The notes under the pieces are model-generated. The model worked only from the letters and a program-made list of their open reading frames with translations, was not told where the DNA came from and searched no databases. From an uncultured Actinomycetota bacterium (GTDB lineage: Bacteria; Actinomycetota; UBA4738; HRBIN12), in assembly GCA_963737525.1 (NCBI GenBank), contig CAVTTD010000017.1, positions 515 through 64,514 on the forward strand: a DNA stretch of 64,000 nucleotides, given 5' to 3'. Position numbers and translations under genes: made by a program. This document shows, in pieces, positions 61,314 to 64,000 of the stretch (the first letter of the stretch is position 1; each line of letters begins with the position of its first letter).

Positions 61314-61355
61314 CGCCGCGAGGATAGGGGGCGAAGCCGGATGACGCAGGGAACC

Positions 61356-63611
61356 TCAGGAGCTGAAGAGCCACGCGATGGAGTCTTCGAACCGATCATG
61401 CAGCTCTTCGAGGAGCCCAGGATGATGCTCGAGGGTCGGATCCTCCTCGACCAGAGCGAACGCCCGCGCCCGAGCGCGCTTCACGAGGTCGAGATCCTCG
61501 GACAGGCGCGCCAGCTTCAGGTCGGGCATCCCCGACTGCTTCGTGTCGAACAGGGTGCCCTCCCCTCGGAGACGGAGATCCTCGTCGGCCAGCTCGAACC
61601 CATCGGTGGTGCGGGTCATGGCGTCGATGCGGGCTCGGGCCTCGATGTTCGTGTCCTCGGACTCGTCGAACAACACGCAGAACGACACGTACGCGCCGCG
61701 GCCGATACGCCCGCGCAGCTGATGGAGCTGGGCGAGGCCGAAGCGTTCCGCGTTCTCGATCAACATCACCGTCGCGTTCGGAACGTCGACGCCGACCTCG
61801 ATCACGGTGGTCGAGATGAGGACATCGGCCCGCCCCGATCGGAAATCCTCCATCACGCGATCCTTGTCCTTCGGTCGCATGCGCCCGTGGAGCAGCTCGA
61901 CCCGCAGATCGGGGAAGATCTCCGTCGCGAGCCGCTCGGCTTCGGCCTCCGCCGCGCGGACCTGCGTGCGGTTGCCTTCATCGATCGCGGCGCAGACCAC
62001 GAAGGCCTGCCGTCCGGCGCGGATCTCGCGCCGGACGAGGTCGTAGGCGTCGGCGCGCTCCGTGTCGGAGCGCGCCGCCGCGGTCCCGATCGGCTGCCTG
62101 CCCTTCGGCATCTCGTCGAGCACCACGACGTCGAGGTCCCCGTAATACGTGAGCGCGAGCGTCCGCGGGATCGGGGTCGCGGTCATGATCAACACGTCGA
62201 CCTCGCCGTCCCCCTTGCCCTTGAGGGCCATCCGTTGATGCAGGCCGAACCGATGCTGCTCGTCCACGACCGCGAGCGACAGGTCGTCGAAGGTGACCCC
62301 TTCCTGCACGAGCGCGTGCGTGCCGATGACGAGATCCACGCCGCCGTCCGCGATCCCCGCGAGGATGCGCGCGCGGTCCCTCCCGGTGACGGCCGAGGTC
62401 AGGAGCGCGTAGGTCACCCCGTCCGCGGTCGCGTGGTCTGCCGTCTCTTCCATCGACTCCAGCAAGGAACCTTGCCCATCGGCTCCCGCGGGCGCGGAGG
62501 CCGCGCGATCCAGCTGGTTCACCGCGCCGACACCTTCCAGGAGGGTCCGCACCGAGCGTGCGTGCTGGCCCGCCAGGACCTCGGTGGGCGCCATGATCGC
62601 GGCCTGATGGCCCGACTGGATCGCGACGAGGCAGGCGTGGACCGCGACCAGGGTCTTGCCCGATCCCACGTCGCCCTGGAGCAGCACGTTCATCGGCCGC
62701 GCGGCGGCCATCGCCTCCCCGACCTCCTCGATCGCGCGGAGCTGCGCCTTCGTGGGCTCGAACGGTGTCGTGGCCGTCAGGCGGTCGGTCAGCACGCCGT
62801 CGACGCGGTGGGCCAAGCCCTTCCGCTCGGACTCCAGCCGATGCTTCCGGAAGGCGACACCCAACTCGAGCGTGAACAGCTCGTCGAACTTCAACCGCTC
62901 GACGGCTCGAGCCAGCTGCTCTGCGTCCTCGGGGAAGTGCACCCGCCGGAGGGCCGCGTCGAGGTCCTCCAGCCCCTCGGCCTCGATCAGCTCGGTCGGC
63001 ATGGGGTCGACGATCGGCGGTAGCCGTTCGAGCGCGGCGAAGACCAGCTCACGGATGGTCCGGGTCGTGACGCCCTCGGAGGCCCGATGGACGGGCGTGA
63101 TCCGACCGGTGTGGACCAGGTCGCGCTCCTCGCCACCGAGGATCTCCGCCTCCTGGTTCGCGAGCTGGAGATGCCCTCGGTAGCGGGTCACGGTGCCCGA
63201 GACGGCGATCTCCAGCCCTTCCTTGTAGATCCCGGCGGCCCAGGGCTGGTTGAAGAACGTCATGTCGAGGAAGCCCGTGCCGTCGGTGATCGTGACGGTC
63301 ACCATCGTCTGACGTCGCCGGGTCAGGCGCTTGGCGGTCTTGTGGACACGAGCGATCACCGTGGCCTGTTGCCCGATCCGCAGGTCGCCGATCCGCTCCA
63401 CGGCGGATCGGTCGATGTAGCGGCGCGGGTAGTGACGGATGAGATCGCCCACGGTCCTGATCCCCATCCCGGCAAGGATCACGTGGGCTTCCTCGCCCTT
63501 GTCCCGGAGGCCGGTCCGGCGCGTGGCCAGCTTTCGGTCCACGAGGAGGACCGGGGTGTCGAGCGCGAGCTTCGAGGGAGAGGCGGACAATCTCGTGAAG
63601 GGTTCTACCAT
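61356..63611 (-). CDS. recG: ATP-dependent DNA helicase RecG
   Basis: ATG at 63611: MVEPFTRL...; wedge domain, helicase motifs LLQGDVGSGKT, VVDEQHRFG, MTATPIPRTL, ISTTVIEVGVDVPNATVM, QLRGRIGRG. Confidence 0.92.
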   Translation of the reverse strand: MVEPFTRLSASPSKLALDTPVLLVDRKLATRRTGLRDKGEEAHVILAGMGIRTVGDLIRHYPRRYIDRSAVERIGDLRIGQQATVIARVHKTAKRLTRRRQTMVTVTITDGTGFLDMTFFNQPWAAGIYKEGLEIAVSGTVTRYRGHLQLANQEAEILGGEERDLVHTGRITPVHRASEGVTTRTIRELVFAALERLPPIVDPMPTELIEAEGLEDLDAALRRVHFPEDAEQLARAVERLKFDELFTLELGVAFRKHRLESERKGLAHRVDGVLTDRLTATTPFEPTKAQLRAIEEVGEAMAAARPMNVLLQGDVGSGKTLVAVHACLVAIQSGHQAAIMAPTEVLAGQHARSVRTLLEGVGAVNQLDRAASAPAGADGQGSLLESMEETADHATADGVTYALLTSAVTGRDRARILAGIADGGVDLVIGTHALVQEGVTFDDLSLAVVDEQHRFGLHQRMALKGKGDGEVDVLIMTATPIPRTLALTYYGDLDVVVLDEMPKGRQPIGTAAARSDTERADAYDLVRREIRAGRQAFVVCAAIDEGNRTQVRAAEAEAERLATEIFPDLRVELLHGRMRPKDKDRVMEDFRSGRADVLISTTVIEVGVDVPNATVMLIENAERFGLAQLHQLRGRIGRGAYVSFCVLFDESEDTNIEARARIDAMTRTTDGFELADEDLRLRGEGTLFDTKQSGMPDLKLARLSEDLDLVKRARARAFALVEEDPTLEHHPGLLEELHDRFEDSIAWLFSS

Positions 63612-63617
63612 CCCGGT

Positions 63618-64000
63618 ATGACCCCCCGACGGCTGACGGCACTCCTCGCCGGGCTCGCCCTGCTGGCTTCCTGTTCCGGGGAGCCCGAGCCGAGCGCGTC
63701 CGCCGGGACGATCCCGGCCGCGGAACGCCACCGAGGCCGCCCTGTTGCCGACGTTCGCCGACACGCTGCCGGCGATGGACCCCGACACCTTCCTGCGGCT
63801 GCTGGGGCAGCTGAAGGGGACGCCCGTCGTCGTCAACTTCTGGGGGGAATGGTGCCCGCCCTGCACGCGAGGAGATGCCTCGTCTCGTCGCCGCCCACGA
63901 GGAGTTCGGAGATCGCGTGCAGTTCGTCGGTGTCGACGTCTTGGACTCGCGGACCCAGGCGAGATCGTTCATGAAGGAATTCGGGATGACGTTCCCGAGC
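63618..64000 (+). CDS. TlpA/ResA-like thiol-disulfide oxidoreductase lipoprotein, 5' part (runs off the window end); two apparent frameshifts
   Basis: Lipoprotein signal MTPRRLTALLAGLALLASCSG. Second frame FADTLPAMDPDTFLRLLGQLKGTPVVVNFWGEWCPPC (thioredoxin CxxC). Third frame REEMPRLVAAHEEFGDRVQFVGVDV. Joins at about 63722-63740 and 63863-63870. Confidence 0.65.

Noticed and set aside
63087-63974. 295-aa plus-strand ORF overlapping the recG 5' end.
   Set aside because: Mostly antisense of recG. Only its last part (from 63618) is real, as the TlpA-like gene annotated separately.
1-64000. Genome-wide reductive evolution (pseudogene-rich genome) as the explanation for the frameshifts.
   Set aside because: The affected genes are essential and otherwise perfectly conserved, without internal stops or substitutions. 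Breaks are single-base and often in homopolymers. Assembly error is the simpler explanation.
1-64000. tRNA, rRNA or transposase genes.
   Set aside because: No intergenic region over 100 bp has tRNA-like features (none contains the conserved T-loop GTTCGAATC-type sequence). No transposase or IS inverted repeats were seen.

Overview
This window is a high-GC (roughly 70%) actinobacterial-type chromosomal core region with about 70 genes, more than 85% of them on the minus strand.

The gene order matches Mycobacterium/Streptomyces:
- pnp-rpsO-(acyltransferase)-ribF-truB-nrnA-rbfA-DUF503-infB-ylxR-nusA-rimP; proS; ispG
- rseP-dxr-cdsA-frr-pyrH-tsf-rpsB
- M23 peptidase - WhiG/FliA-like sigma - xerC-dprA-yifB
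- yraN-LysE-DUF2469-rnhB-lepB-rplS-(DUF4173)-trmD ... rimM-KH-rpsP-ffh-REC-ftsY-smc-acyP
- pncA-fpg-rnc-rpmF-yceD-coaD-rsmD-recG

I saw no rRNA or tRNA genes, no CRISPR array and no transposase.

Accessory content interrupting this conserved backbone:
- A trpE/trpG pair flanked by two secreted proteins.
- An OmpR-type two-component system plus a YjbQ-family gene between rseP and ispG.
- A PQQ-propeller/polytopic-membrane gene pair upstream of rpsB.
- A PLP-decarboxylase/TolB-like lipoprotein pair.
- A low-GC surface protein next to pncA.

The most unusual locus is a 3.7-kb insertion between trmD and rimM. It encodes:
- a site-2-protease-like M50 metalloprotease fused to two cyclic-nucleotide-binding domains;
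- a 70-aa four-Cys zinc-ribbon mini-protein;
- a 44-aa highly basic TTKR-repeat peptide with its own strong Shine-Dalgarno (SD) site and terminator;
- a CRP-family regulator.

These sit around a cluster of TGTGA-N6-TCACA CRP boxes, so the locus looks like a candidate cAMP-gated regulated-intramembrane-proteolysis module.

About 19 conserved genes appear interrupted by single-base frameshifts, many at G/C homopolymer runs. Examples are dxr, rseP, cdsA, xerC, dprA, lepB and smc. This points to assembly indel errors rather than real gene decay.
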